A stretch of DNA of 64,000 nt from Torpedo marmorata. Taxonomy: Eukaryota. The stretch is taken from contig OZ360243.1 of the NCBI GenBank assembly GCA_977017645.1, positions 4,526,001 to 4,590,000 of the forward strand. The letters run 5' to 3'. The notes under the pieces were generated by a model. That model did not search any database, had not been told where the DNA came from, and saw nothing but the letters and a program-made list of their open reading frames with translations. This document shows, in pieces, positions 50,365 through 61,070 of the stretch. How positions within the stretch are numbered: the stretch's first letter is position 1; each line of letters starts with the position of its first letter. The translations under genes were made by a program, and so were the position numbers.

Positions 50365-51013
50365 GTGAGTGCTTTGCTATTAAGCTGTGTTTTCCCAAGA
50401 CAATAGGATTGCCTGAAGTACGCTAGTAGTGATCAGTGGCAAACCCGTGCCTAGTGAGGGATGCACGTTGAACTGTAACATGGGTCCTGGTTCAATTCCG
50501 TTTCACACCCAATGCGTGACTACACCCGGTGAGTAAGACCCGGTTAAGGGACAGGTCCCTCACCACGTGTTCGGCTCCTCTGCTTTGGTGAACCTGTGGT
50601 TGACTCAGCCGATGAAGTGAACACCACTGAGGCCAGACCTGATGTTGGGAGGGGGATGTATTTGTGTACCTTTTGCCCCGGACTTGACTTTGTTGCTGAG
50701 GTTAGCAAGGAGAGGACGTGATGACCCAAACTGAGGAAACTCAGGAAATCCGTGTGCCCGGTCGATGCGTTGAGACCCTCGGGTTTACGAAGGATGGGAT
50801 CAGTTGTGCAGGTGTTTGAAATGATGGGATATCACACCCTTTCTGAAAGGAACATTACAGCACAGTATAGGCCCTTCGGCCTACAATGTGCCAACCCGCG
50901 TAAACCTACTCCACAACAACCTATCCCATCCCCACCTCACACCCATGACTCTCTATTTTTCTTACATCCATATGAAGAGTCTTTTGAATGATCCCATTGT
51001 ATCAGCCTCACTC

Positions 51014-51152
51014 TTTTGTTCGGACGCCTGTCGGCATTTTCTCATACTTTGATGAAGGGCTCAGGCCCGAAACGTCGGTTATGTATTTCTATCTTTGCTA
51101 CATAAAGGACACTGTTTGACCTGCTGAGTTTCTCCAGCATTTGTGTTTTTAC
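51014..51152 (+). mobile_element. Second Penelope-type terminal fragment with hammerhead-like motif
   Basis: Near-identical to 39350-39490; lies about 80 nt upstream of a HAL acceptor. Confidence 0.72.
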
Positions 51153-51229
51153 ATCAGGTAGTCAGTGTTCTGGGGCTGAAGCTTTGATTGGTGCTGGTGT
51201 TTCAATTCTCCCCTTATCCCTGTGCTCAG

Positions 51230-51325
51230 ACATCCATGAACTGAGGCCACACCGTGGCCAGGTTGAGGTGGCCTTCCGATTCAGGTCCCTGCTGGGTTCC
51301 GATCATCATCCGTCTGAGATCGCAG
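51230..51325 (+). CDS. HAL: HAL internal exon (DIHELRPHRGQVEVAFRFRSLLGSDHHPSEIA)
   Basis: Acceptor ccctgtgctcag, donor gtaagc; RPHxGQ motif. Confidence 0.97.
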
Positions 51326-51342
51326 GTAAGCCCTGGCTGGAG

Positions 51343-52362
51343 AACATCTACTCCACAATCTCCATCAGTACCAGAGCACCACAGTCCTGCGTTCTTATAC
51401 CCCCACTCTACTCGTTTTACACCTATGACTGTGTAGCTCAGTATGACAGTAACACCATCTACAAATTTGCTGACGATACCACAGTAGTGGGTTGTATAAA
51501 AGGGGGCGATGAGTCAGCATACAGGAGGGTGATTGAAAACTTGGCTGAATGGTGCACCAACAACAACCTCGCACTCAATGTCACCAAAACCAAGGAGCTG
51601 ATTGTGGACTTCAGGAAGGGAAAGCCAGAGGTGTACGATCCACTGATCATTGGGGGATCAGAGGTGGAGAGGGTGAGCACATTTAAATTCCTGGGAGTCA
51701 CTATCTCGCAGGATCTTTCCTGGACCCAACACACTAATGTCATCGTGAAGAAAGCACGTCAGCGCTTCTACTTCCTCAGGAGTTTGCGGAGGTTTGGTAT
51801 GACATTGAAAACCTTGGCAAACTTCTACAGATGTGTGGTGGAAAGTGTGCTGACCAGCTGCATCATGGTCTGGTATGGGGGCACCAATACCTCTGAGTAG
51901 AAAGCCCTCCAAAAGGTAGTGGACACAGCCCAGCACATCACAGGCAAAACCCTCCCCACCATCGAGAACATCTACATGGAACGTTGCTCTCGGAGAGCAG
52001 CAGCAATCATCAAGCATCCACACCACCCAGCACACGCTCTGTTCTCGCTGCTGCCATCAGGAGAGAGGTATAGGTGCCACAAGACTCGCACCACCAGGTT
52101 CAGGAACAGTTGCTACCCCTCTACCATCAGATTCTTAATTTGCACATGATTTATTATTGAATATTTATTTTCTGTATTGCACAATCAATTTGTTTACATT
52201 TCTTTCATTGTTTATATTTCTCTCTGTTGTATATGTATATTTTCTTGAGTACAGTTTTTTTGCACTACCGATAAGTAGAAATTCTGCCTCGCCCGCAGGA
52301 AAAAGAATCTCAGGGTTGTATGTGATGCCATGTATGTACTCTGACAATAAATCTGAACTTTG
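51343..52362 (+). mobile_element. Rex1/Babar-like LINE, 5'-truncated (RT C-terminal part)
   Basis: APQSCVL..LYS.YTYDC, KFADDTTVVG and LNVTKTKELIVDFR motifs; AATAAA at 52346. Confidence 0.88.
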
Positions 52363-52441
52363 ACTTTGGTGCCATGGGGTCTTTGAGGGCGTTGGGTCCA
52401 TCTTCTCTCCGCTGCCTTGTAATATTGTGCTCTCTTCACAG

Positions 52442-52500
52442 AAAGCCACCGGTTCTGTAACCGTGTGCAAGACGCTTACACCTTGCGATGCTGCCCACAG
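52442..52500 (+). CDS. HAL: HAL internal exon (ESHRFCNRVQDAYTLRCCPQ)
   Basis: Acceptor ctcttcacag, donor gtaggc; conserved QDAYTLRC active-site motif. Confidence 0.97.
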
Positions 52501-52719
52501 GTAGGCAATGCCATCAACTGTCTGTAAACTGATGGCACAGGGCTCAGTAGACCAGGTTTACAACTACCAGAAGCCAATCACTGACCCATTAAACTCCTTC
52601 CTTTCTTGCCTCCATTTTTTGAACTTCCAAAATGATGCCAGCCACCAGATTTGAGCATCCCAATTCACTTTTCTGTCAATGCAGTACTTTCAACGGATAG
52701 TCACAGTTAGAAGGAGCAC

Positions 52720-53235
52720 TACAGGAACCAACTGCAGGAAGGATATCAATAAGATAGAATGAGTGCAGAGAAGATTTACTAGGATGTTGCCGGAACTTGA
52801 GGAGCTGCGTTACAGGGAAAGGTTAAACAGGTTAGGACTTTATTCCCTGCAGCGTAGAAGAATGAGGGAAGATTTGATAGAGGTATACAGAATTAAGAGG
52901 GATATAGACAGAGTAAATGTAAGCAGGCATTTTCCACTGAGGTTGGGTGAGACAAGAACTTAGAGGACATGGGTTAAGGGTGAAAGGGGAAATGCTTAAA
53001 GAGAACATTCGGGGGAACTTCACATATAATGGTGAGAGTGTGGAACGAGCTGCCAGTTGAAGTGGTGAATGTGGCCTCAATTTTGACATTTAAGAAAGGT
53101 TTGGGCAGGTACATGGGTGGGAGGGGTATGGAGGGCTGTGGTCGGATGCAGGACAGTGGGACGAGGCAGAATAATAGTTTGGCACAGACTAGATGGACCG
53201 AAGGGCCTGTATCTGGATTGTAGTGTTCTATAGTT
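52720..53235 (+). mobile_element. CR1 3' fragment
   Basis: QRRFTRMLP...LGLYSL and VWNELP remnants. Confidence 0.85.
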
Positions 53236-53654
53236 CCAACACAGCTGTCAAATGTATGTACCGCAAGCTCTGACAAAGGGCAATGTGAGAATGACCTGAT
53301 CATTAATTTTAGTAAAACAACAGCACTCTGTGGGTCAGGCAGCATCCGTGGAGAGAGAAACAGAATGAATGCTCCAGGCTCATTGACGGATCCTTCGTAA
53401 CAAAGACCATTAAAACCTGACACATTTCTCTCTGTAATAGCATCTGCCTCTGCCACTCCCCAATGGTGCATTACAGACCCAACTGGTCCCTGTATCAAAG
53501 AGCTCTTCCTCATATCGCTTGCTTCTTGGGACAGTCACCTTCTGCTGTGTCTCCTGACCGACTGACCGCTCCACCCACTGACTCACACCTGTGGTTTTAA
53601 ATTCCTCTCCCAGATCCCCTCACAACCGATCTTCTCCTGCCCACCCACTCATGA

Positions 53655-54990
53655 TGCAGAAGGCCAGTTAGCTTAACATCTGTAGTCAGGAAAATGCTTG
53701 AAGCTATGATTAAGGAAGAAATAGCGAGACATCTGGATAGAAATTGTTCTGTCAGGCTGATGCAACATGGATTCGGGAAGGACAGGTCATGTTTGACAAA
53801 TTTACTGGGGTTCTTTGAGGATATAATGAGTGTAGTGGAGAGAGGGGAACAGGTGGATGTTATGTACTTGGATTTCCAGAAAAGTGTTTGATAAGCTGCC
53901 CCATAAAAGACCTTTCCATCGACAAGGATGCATGAAGTTGGGGGTGATGTATTAGCATGGATAGAGGATTGGTTAACCAATAGAAAGCAGAGAGTTGGGA
54001 TAAATGGGTGTTTCTCTCGTTGGCAATCAGTGGTGAGCAGAATGGGCCCGGAACTGTTCACGATATACACACTGACAATTTGGAAGAGGAGACCATGTGT
54101 CATCCATCAAAGTTTGTGTGGGAAAGCAAATTGTGCAGAAAGATATAGAGATTCTGCAGAAAGATATAGATAGGTTAAGTGAGTGGCAATAGTCTGGCAG
54201 ATGGAGTACAATGTTGTTAAATGTGAGATCATCCACTTTGGAAGGAAAAACACCAGTTCAGATTATTTAAATGGTGAAAGATTGCAGCATGCTGTTGTGC
54301 AGAGGGACTTGGGAGTGCTTGTGCATGAATCACAAAAGGTTGGTTTGCAGGTGGAACAGGTAATCAAGAATGCAAATGGGATGTTGACCTTCATTTCCAG
54401 AGGGATTGAATTTAGGAGCAGGAAGGTTCTGCTGCATCTGTACAGAGTAGTGGTGAAGCCGCATCTGGAGTACTGCGTGCAGTTCTGGTCCCCTTACTTA
54501 AAGGATGTACTGGCTTTGGAGGTGATGCAGAGGAGGTTCAACAGGTTGATTCTGGAGGTGAGGGGGTTAGCTGATGAGGAGAGATTGAGTCACCTGGGAC
54601 TGTACTCACTGGAATTCAGAAGAATGGGAGGGGATCTTATGGAAACATAAAATTATAAAAGGGATTGATAAGATAGAGGCAGGAAAGTCATTTCCACAGG
54701 TAGGAGAGACTGGAACTCAGGGACATAACCTCAAGAATTGGGGGAGTAGATTTAGGATGGAGATGAGGAGGAACTACTTCTCCCTCTGCCCAAGGGAGGC
54801 TGCCTCATTAAATATATTTATGACAGAGTTGGGTAGATTTTTGCACAGTAGGGGAATTGAGGGTTATGGGGAACAGGCAGGAAGGTGGAGCTGAGCCCAC
54901 ACCCAGATCAGCCATGATCTTATTAAATGGTGGAGCAGGCTCGATGGGGGCAGATGGCCGACTCCTGCTCCTATTGCATATGTTCTCCTG
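53655..54990 (+). mobile_element. Degenerate CR1 RT / 3' fragment
   Basis: QHGF..DRSCLTNL, YLDFQK and HLEYCVQFWSP remnants. Confidence 0.85.
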
Positions 54991-55351
54991 CAACATCCCT
55001 GGAGCTATTCAAATGAAGCTGAGCTGAATTCCCGTCATATTATAGGAAGCATTGACTTAATAATAATGAGTTTATAGTCATACATATGAGTACAATGTAC
55101 ATGTGCATCAAAATTCTTACTTGCTGCAGCTGAACCGATACTTCGTAAAAAAAAAAACTCCAATAGTATACATTAAATTACCGTACAGAAAATATAATAA
55201 ATATAAAATATTGATAATAAATATTCACAATTACAGTAGTACAAGAAAAAACAGATGTTTTGTTGCATAAAACTGATACTTACATTAAACATATGCATTT
55301 ATTATTTTCAAGGGAAGGTTAACATTCATGCACTTCTGTTATTTCCCACAG

Positions 55352-55432
55352 GTACACGGGGTAGTGAATGACACAATTGCCTTTGTCAAAAATATAATCG
55401 AGACGGAAATTAACAGCGCTACTGATAATCCA
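55352..55432 (+). CDS. HAL: HAL internal exon ([27 protein letters not shown])
   Basis: Acceptor tttcccacag, donor gtatcctttg; NSATDNP motif. Confidence 0.97.
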
Positions 55433-57251
55433 GTATCCTTTGTCAGATTCCTCCTCAACCACACCAGCTTTCACTGCTCATTGGGAGTGAAGAGAACTGG
55501 ACAGGAGCCACAGACAATGGGAGATATTACTGTAACAGCCAAGGGGAGACGTTACTGTTATTGTATCAGACAATGCGAGATGTTATTGTAACGGGGATGG
55601 GAGCCGTTACTGAACAGGCGATGGGGGACGTTACTGTAACGGGCGATAGGGGATGTTACTGTAAAGAGTGTACAATGAGATATAGGATCAAAATGGAAAT
55701 AGGTAACCGATCCAACCCAAGACATTTCCAAGGGCTAATCAAAGGGAGTGCCTTAGAGTTGAATTTTATTTTACAGAAACACAAAAGCTGCAGGTACTGG
55801 AATCTTGAGCAGACAAAGGATTACTGGAAGAACTCAGCATGTCAGACAGCATTTGTCGGTGGAAATGGTTAGTCAGCATTTCAGGTCTGAACCCTTTATC
55901 AAGACTCAGAGAGAATAGGTGAAATGACTCATATTAATTCCCCCCCCCCCTCCTCAACCCACCTTTATGTATGTAATTTGAACACTTCCACCTTGGGTCC
56001 CGCCTCGAAAATGTTGACTGACCATTTCCACCATAGATGCTGTCTGACCTGCTGAGTTCCTCCAGCAATTCTTAGTTTGAAGTTTATTTAATTTGTTTTG
56101 GATAAATAGGAAGAATGCTGCTGCGGCAATGTTGGATAGGCCATAAATTCTCTCCCATCCCCTTGCTGGTAGAATCAGCATTCCAAAGCTGTGACAACTT
56201 GTCTGATGAAAGTATTCTCACAAGCGTTCTGGGAGGGAAGTTGTAGGATTTTGCCACCAATAATGGAGGGACACTGATCGTTGTGGGGCATCCACCTATC
56301 TGGTCGGTTGTTTGGTGAAGGGGGGAAAGTTTAAAAGGAACTTCTTCACACAGAGTGGTTGGAGTGTGGAACAAGCTGCCAGCTGAATTGGTAAATGCAG
56401 GCTGAATTTTGACATTTCAGAAAAAATTAGGCAGGTACATGGATGGGTAGGGTATGGAGGGATATGGTCCGAGTGCAGGATGGATGGGTAGGGTATGGAG
56501 GGATATGGTCCGAGTGCAGGATGGATGGGTAGGGTATGGAGGGATATGGTCCGAGTGCAGGATGGATGGGTAGGGTATGGAGGGATATGTTCCGAGTGCA
56601 GGATGGATGGGTAGGGTATGGAGGGATATGGTCCGAGTGCAGGATGGATGGGTAGGGTATGGAGGGATATGGTCCGAGTGCAGGATGGATGGGTAGGGTA
56701 TGGAGGGATATGGTCCGAGTGCAGGATGGATGGGTAGGGTATGGAGGGATATGGTCCGAGTGCAGGATGGATAGGTAGGGTATGGAGGGATATGGTCCGA
56801 GGGCAGGATGGATGGGTAGGGTATGGAGGGATATGGTCCGAGTGCAGGAGGGATGGGTAGGGTATGGAGGGATATGGTCCGAGTGCAGGATGGATGGGTA
56901 GCGTATGGAGGGATATGGTCCGAGTGCAGGAGGGATGGGTAGGGTATGGAGGGATATGGTCCGAGTGCAGGATGGATGGGTAGGGTATGGAGGGATATGG
57001 TCCGAGTGCAGGTCAGTCTGCGCTGTATGGTTCTGTGGTGTTTGGAGATCTTGGAGATGGTGAACGTGGTGGTGGGGGTGGGGGGTGGGAGTGGGGGCAA
57101 TCATTGAAACCTTTGGAACAACTTTTATTCAGACCATTACAAAAAGTAATCTTCAAACCCCTGGTGCAAGTTAATTCTGTTGAAAAGTTCCAGGCATTAT
57201 CGACTGTGGCTTTGCAGGCTCTGGTTGGAAACCTTAATTTATTTGGTGAAG
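55433..57251 (+). other. U12-type (minor spliceosome) GT-AG intron of HAL
   Basis: 5' site GTATCCTTT; CCTTAAT branch-point motif at 57232-57238, about 14 nt before the AG; no polypyrimidine tract (atttggtgaag). Confidence 0.9.
56439..57012 (+). repeat. 41-bp minisatellite x ~14 derived from a CR1 3' end
   Basis: Unit GGATGGATGGGTAGGGTATGGAGGGATATGGTCCGAGTGCA embedded in a CR1 tail (56315-57040). Confidence 0.95.
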
Positions 57252-57317
57252 ATGGTGTTTGCAGAGAGAGGAGAGACTATTTCTGGTGGAAATTTCCATG
57301 GAGAATATCCTGCAAAA
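57252..57317 (+). CDS. HAL: HAL internal exon (MVFAERGETISGGNFHGEYPAK)
   Basis: Acceptor ggtgaag, donor gtaagt; GGNFHG motif. Confidence 0.97.
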
Positions 57318-57359
57318 GTAAGTGTCTCTTTATTGAAGTGTTTCAAGATGACACTAAAA

Positions 57360-57953
57360 TATGACCTCTGTGACACCCTAACTAAGGTCACGGGAGTCAC
57401 CTTCCCAGTAGACCCAGAGCTTTGTCTTCTGGGGAACTTTACCACGGTTGGTAGATCGCTAACTAATTCTCAAATTAAATTCACAGAATTGCCTTATGTG
57501 TGGCCAGGAAATGCATAGCAGTAACATGGAAGTCTGACTCCCACCTACTCATGGATAGGTGGTCTTCAGAAATGAATAGCTGCATCCCACTTGAAAAGGT
57601 TACATATCATCTCGGGGTGGGGGGGGGGTATAACACCTTTCTAAAAATCTGGCACCTTATTTAGAGCATATAGGTACCTCACTGGCGCCAATATAGATCT
57701 ACGATTACTACTGGTTAGCCAGTAGACCTCTGTAAAGATTGTAACAATGTGGTATTATCGTGTCTCCATATGTTTTATTGTATGCACTGACAATGTGATG
57801 ATCTTTTGTGTCTTTTTCTCCGTTTTTTCTCTGTTTAATAGTACTTATATAGAGGGGAGGGGGTGGAGGGAGGGGTTTCCTTGATGTTTTACATTTGGTT
57901 TGATTGTTGATTGTTAAATATATTCAAAATGATAAATAAAATATTACAAAAAA
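57360..57953 (+). mobile_element. L1-clade 3' fragment with 15-bp TSD
   Basis: AAGATGACACTAAAA at 57345-57359 and 57954-57968; CIPLEKVTY remnant; AATAAA plus poly-A. Confidence 0.9.
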
Positions 57954-58499
57954 AAGATGACACTAAAAACTGTTGGAATATGGATTACGGGTGAAATAAT
58001 TGGGAAGTGAAGCAATCCCGAAGGCAGGTTGGTCCTTATTGAAACGTTAGGTCACAGAAGAAAGGAAGTCTTGTTGAGATTGCCCTGGGTGCAGTGCATG
58101 TTGGTGTGGCTCCATACCCGTGGAAGCTGGTATCAGTGTCATGTTGATGTATTCCTGGTATGATGGGTTGCTGCTGAGAAGCCGTTGAGCAAATCATTCA
58201 AGGTGGAAACAGGCCCTTTGGCCCAACTTGCCCACGCTGACCAAAATGTCCCACCCACACTCGTCCCACCTGCCTGCATTGAGCCCATAACCCTCTAAAC
58301 CTGTCCTATCCATGTATCTATTCCTTTTTCTTAAACATTGTTATGGTACCTCCTCCGCATTTAGAACACAACAATCTGACCCTTTCCTACCTCACACCCA
58401 TAACCCTCCATTTCTCTTACATCTATGTTCCCATTTAAGAGTAAATGACCATAAACACATCTCCCCCTTACAACCATTCTCCTCAGTTTAATGCTGATA

Positions 58500-58965
58500 A
58501 AGTTCAAGTTCAAGTTTATTATCATCTGACTACATATACAACCAGACGAAATAGCGATTCTCTGGACCACGATGCACACACATTCACACACAATACACAG
58601 CAAATCATAATCACATATATACATGAAGATACAAATTAAAATAAATATATAGAAATATTTTGGAATGATTTTCTCGGTTACATGAATTCATCAATCTCAC
58701 AGCCTGTGGGAAGAAGCTATTTCCCAGCCTGGCAGTCCTGATTTTGATGCTCCTGTGCCTCCTACCAGATGGTAGTGGGTCAAGATTCTGTTTGCTGGGT
58801 GGAAAAGGTCCACAATAATTATCTGAGCCCCATTTAAGCAACGCTCCCAGCGAATGTTGTCAACAGAGGAAAGGGAGACCACAAAGATCTTCTCGGCTGT
58901 TTTGATGATCCTCTGTATTGACTTCTGGTCCAATGCTACCTTACCACAAAATGATGCAACCAGAC
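58500..58965 (-). mobile_element. Rex1/Babar-like 3' fragment
   Basis: LPSGRRHRSIKIRTARLGNSFFPQAVRLMN on the minus strand. Confidence 0.8.
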
Positions 58966-59400
58966 AGGTTGGAGTATCGGAACCCGTCTCATTCCTGGCA
59001 CCTGGCGTGCAGGCAGATTTCCATGCATAACCACTTTGGATTGCCGGATGTTTGCCTTCCACACCTGCTTCACAAGGAGTTGGAGCTGGGGTTGTAGTTC
59101 CTCCACTTGGGTGTCAAAGTCCAGGCCACTCGTCTGGAGGTTAGAAGTTTACGACTGGAAAAAGTCTTCATGCTACAGGTGTTCAGGATCATGGACGACC
59201 CTGACCAGAAATATGAGGGGAAGCTGAGTAGTCGAGGCTTTGTAACTGACGAGGAAAAATAAATTGTTGTGATCGGAGCAATCGTGGACACCTCTTGGAG
59301 AGACGGCAACATCACCACCAGTCAGGTGGTACCTCAAACCTTGTCTACAGTTGCATGGTCCTGGATGGTGTAGAATGGGATACGTCACAGGGAGATAGGG

Positions 59401-59748
59401 CCTCTAAGCTGTGCGCGTGTGCGCGCGCACACGTTTTGCAACCAGCACAAAGGAAATGAATGTGCGCACAAAAGGTTAGTTACCTAAAATAAAGTAGTTC
59501 AAAGTATAGAATAAAATCTTAACTAAATACGTTACTTCATAGAATGCATTCATACTTGTATTATATTAAAACATGCCAATACAGTTTTATTAGCCATGAG
59601 AGATAGGCTGTGCCAAAATTATCTTGAAATAATTTCAAGTTTACATTTGCACAAGCATTCAGTGAGCACATACTTTTGTCACAGGAAAAAAAATTGCACA
59701 ACATAAGATTTTTGTGCACACTGACTACTAAAATTAGAGGGAACATTG
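59401..59748. mobile_element. hAT-like non-autonomous element with one intact TIR
   Basis: Right end TTAGAGGGAACATTG; left end keeps only CCTCTAA; GTGCGC-rich subterminal motifs. Confidence 0.6.
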
Positions 59749-60375
59749 GTTGTAACGAAAGTTTTTGGCATGTTGGCCTTCATTAATCAAAGTATTAAGT
59801 ATAGGAGTTGGGATGTTATGGTGAAGTTGTATAAGACATTGGTGAGGCCAAATTTGGAGTATTGTGTGCAGATTTGATCACCTAGCTATAGGAAGGATAT
59901 CAATAAGATTGAAAGAGTGCAGAGAAGATTTACAAGGATGTTGCTGGGACTCCCTTACTTACAGGGAAAGGTTAAATAGGTTAGGACTTTATTCCCAGAC
60001 GCGTTGGAGAATGAGGGGAGATTTGACAGAGGTATACAAAATGATGAGGTAAATGCAAGCAGGCTTTTACCACTGAGTTAGGTGAGACAAGAACTAGATG
60101 ACATGGGTAAAGGGTGAAAGGTGAGACGTTTAAAGGGAATATAAGGGGAACTTCTTCACACAGAGAATGATGAGAGTGTGGCACAAGCTGCCAGTGGAAG
60201 AGGTGAATGTGGGCTCCATTTTGACGTTTAAGAAAAATTTGGATAGGTACACGGATGGGAGGGGTATGGAGGGCTAGGGTCCGGGTGCAGGTCGATGGAA
60301 CTAGGCAGAATAATAGTTCGGAACAGACTGGATGGGCCAAAGGGCCTTTTTCTGTGCTGTGGTGTTCAATGGTTC
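59749..60375 (+). mobile_element. CR1 3' fragment
   Basis: Homologous to 42230-42880. Confidence 0.87.
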
Positions 60376-60512
60376 CATTGTCCTTTAACTGCTAAAGTGA
60401 AAGTTAAGGTGGATGAAATTGCTTATCAAACATAAGGACCCATATTTTTTAACAGCAAGAAAACTATTTAAAGGCAGCACAGTGATAACTGGGACGGGTT
60501 GTGTCTACACAG

Positions 60513-60678
60513 GCATTGGACTACCTGGCGATCGCTGTGCATGAGCTAGCTGCGATCAGCGAGAGGCGCATCGAGAGGCTGTGTAACCCATCCCTGAGTG
60601 AGCTGCCCGCCTTCCTGGTTAACGACGGGGGACTGAACTCCGGCTTCATGATCGCTCACTGCTCAGCGGCTGCCTTGG
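60513..60678 (+). CDS. HAL: HAL internal exon ([55 protein letters not shown])
   Basis: Acceptor gtctacacag, donor gtgagt; SERR and LNSGFM motifs. Confidence 0.98.
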
Positions 60679-61070
60679 GTGAGTCCTGCTCCGAAAGCTC
60701 CCCGGGAGGTTGTCGGCTGCCTGCTGCTGCATCGGTGGGATGTGGAAAGGGGCAGTGCTGTGTGGTCACTTGGCCGTCAGCAGGCCGGAAGAGGCGAAGG
60801 ACCAGGACAGATCCGACAGGTGTGAGCTGATGTGATTAGGGAGGTACCCAGTCAATGGAAGTGTTGATGAACGTAGACACTGTACGTCCATAACTACTGA
60901 AGGTGGCAGAGCAGCTGGAGAGGGTGCTGAAGGAGGGATGCTTGACTTCATCAGCCAAGCTGTAGAATGTGAGATTATCTTACGTTTAATCAACACTGGG
61001 GAGGCCACAGCCGGATATTGTGCAGTGCAATAAACTCAGCAGGTCACCCAGCATCCAAAGGAAGTAAATA

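Noticed and set aside
56417-57104. Pro/His-rich 225-227-aa ORFs
   Set aside because: Antisense translations of the 41-bp CR1-derived tandem repeat.
1079-60678. Bacterial hutH or horizontally acquired ammonia-lyase
   Set aside because: Spliceosomal exon-intron structure and vertebrate-like HAL sequence throughout.
60810-60836. GGTGTGAGCTGAT after the last HAL exon, matching part of the 32-bp minisatellite unit
   Set aside because: A single 13-nt match; too short to infer a relationship.
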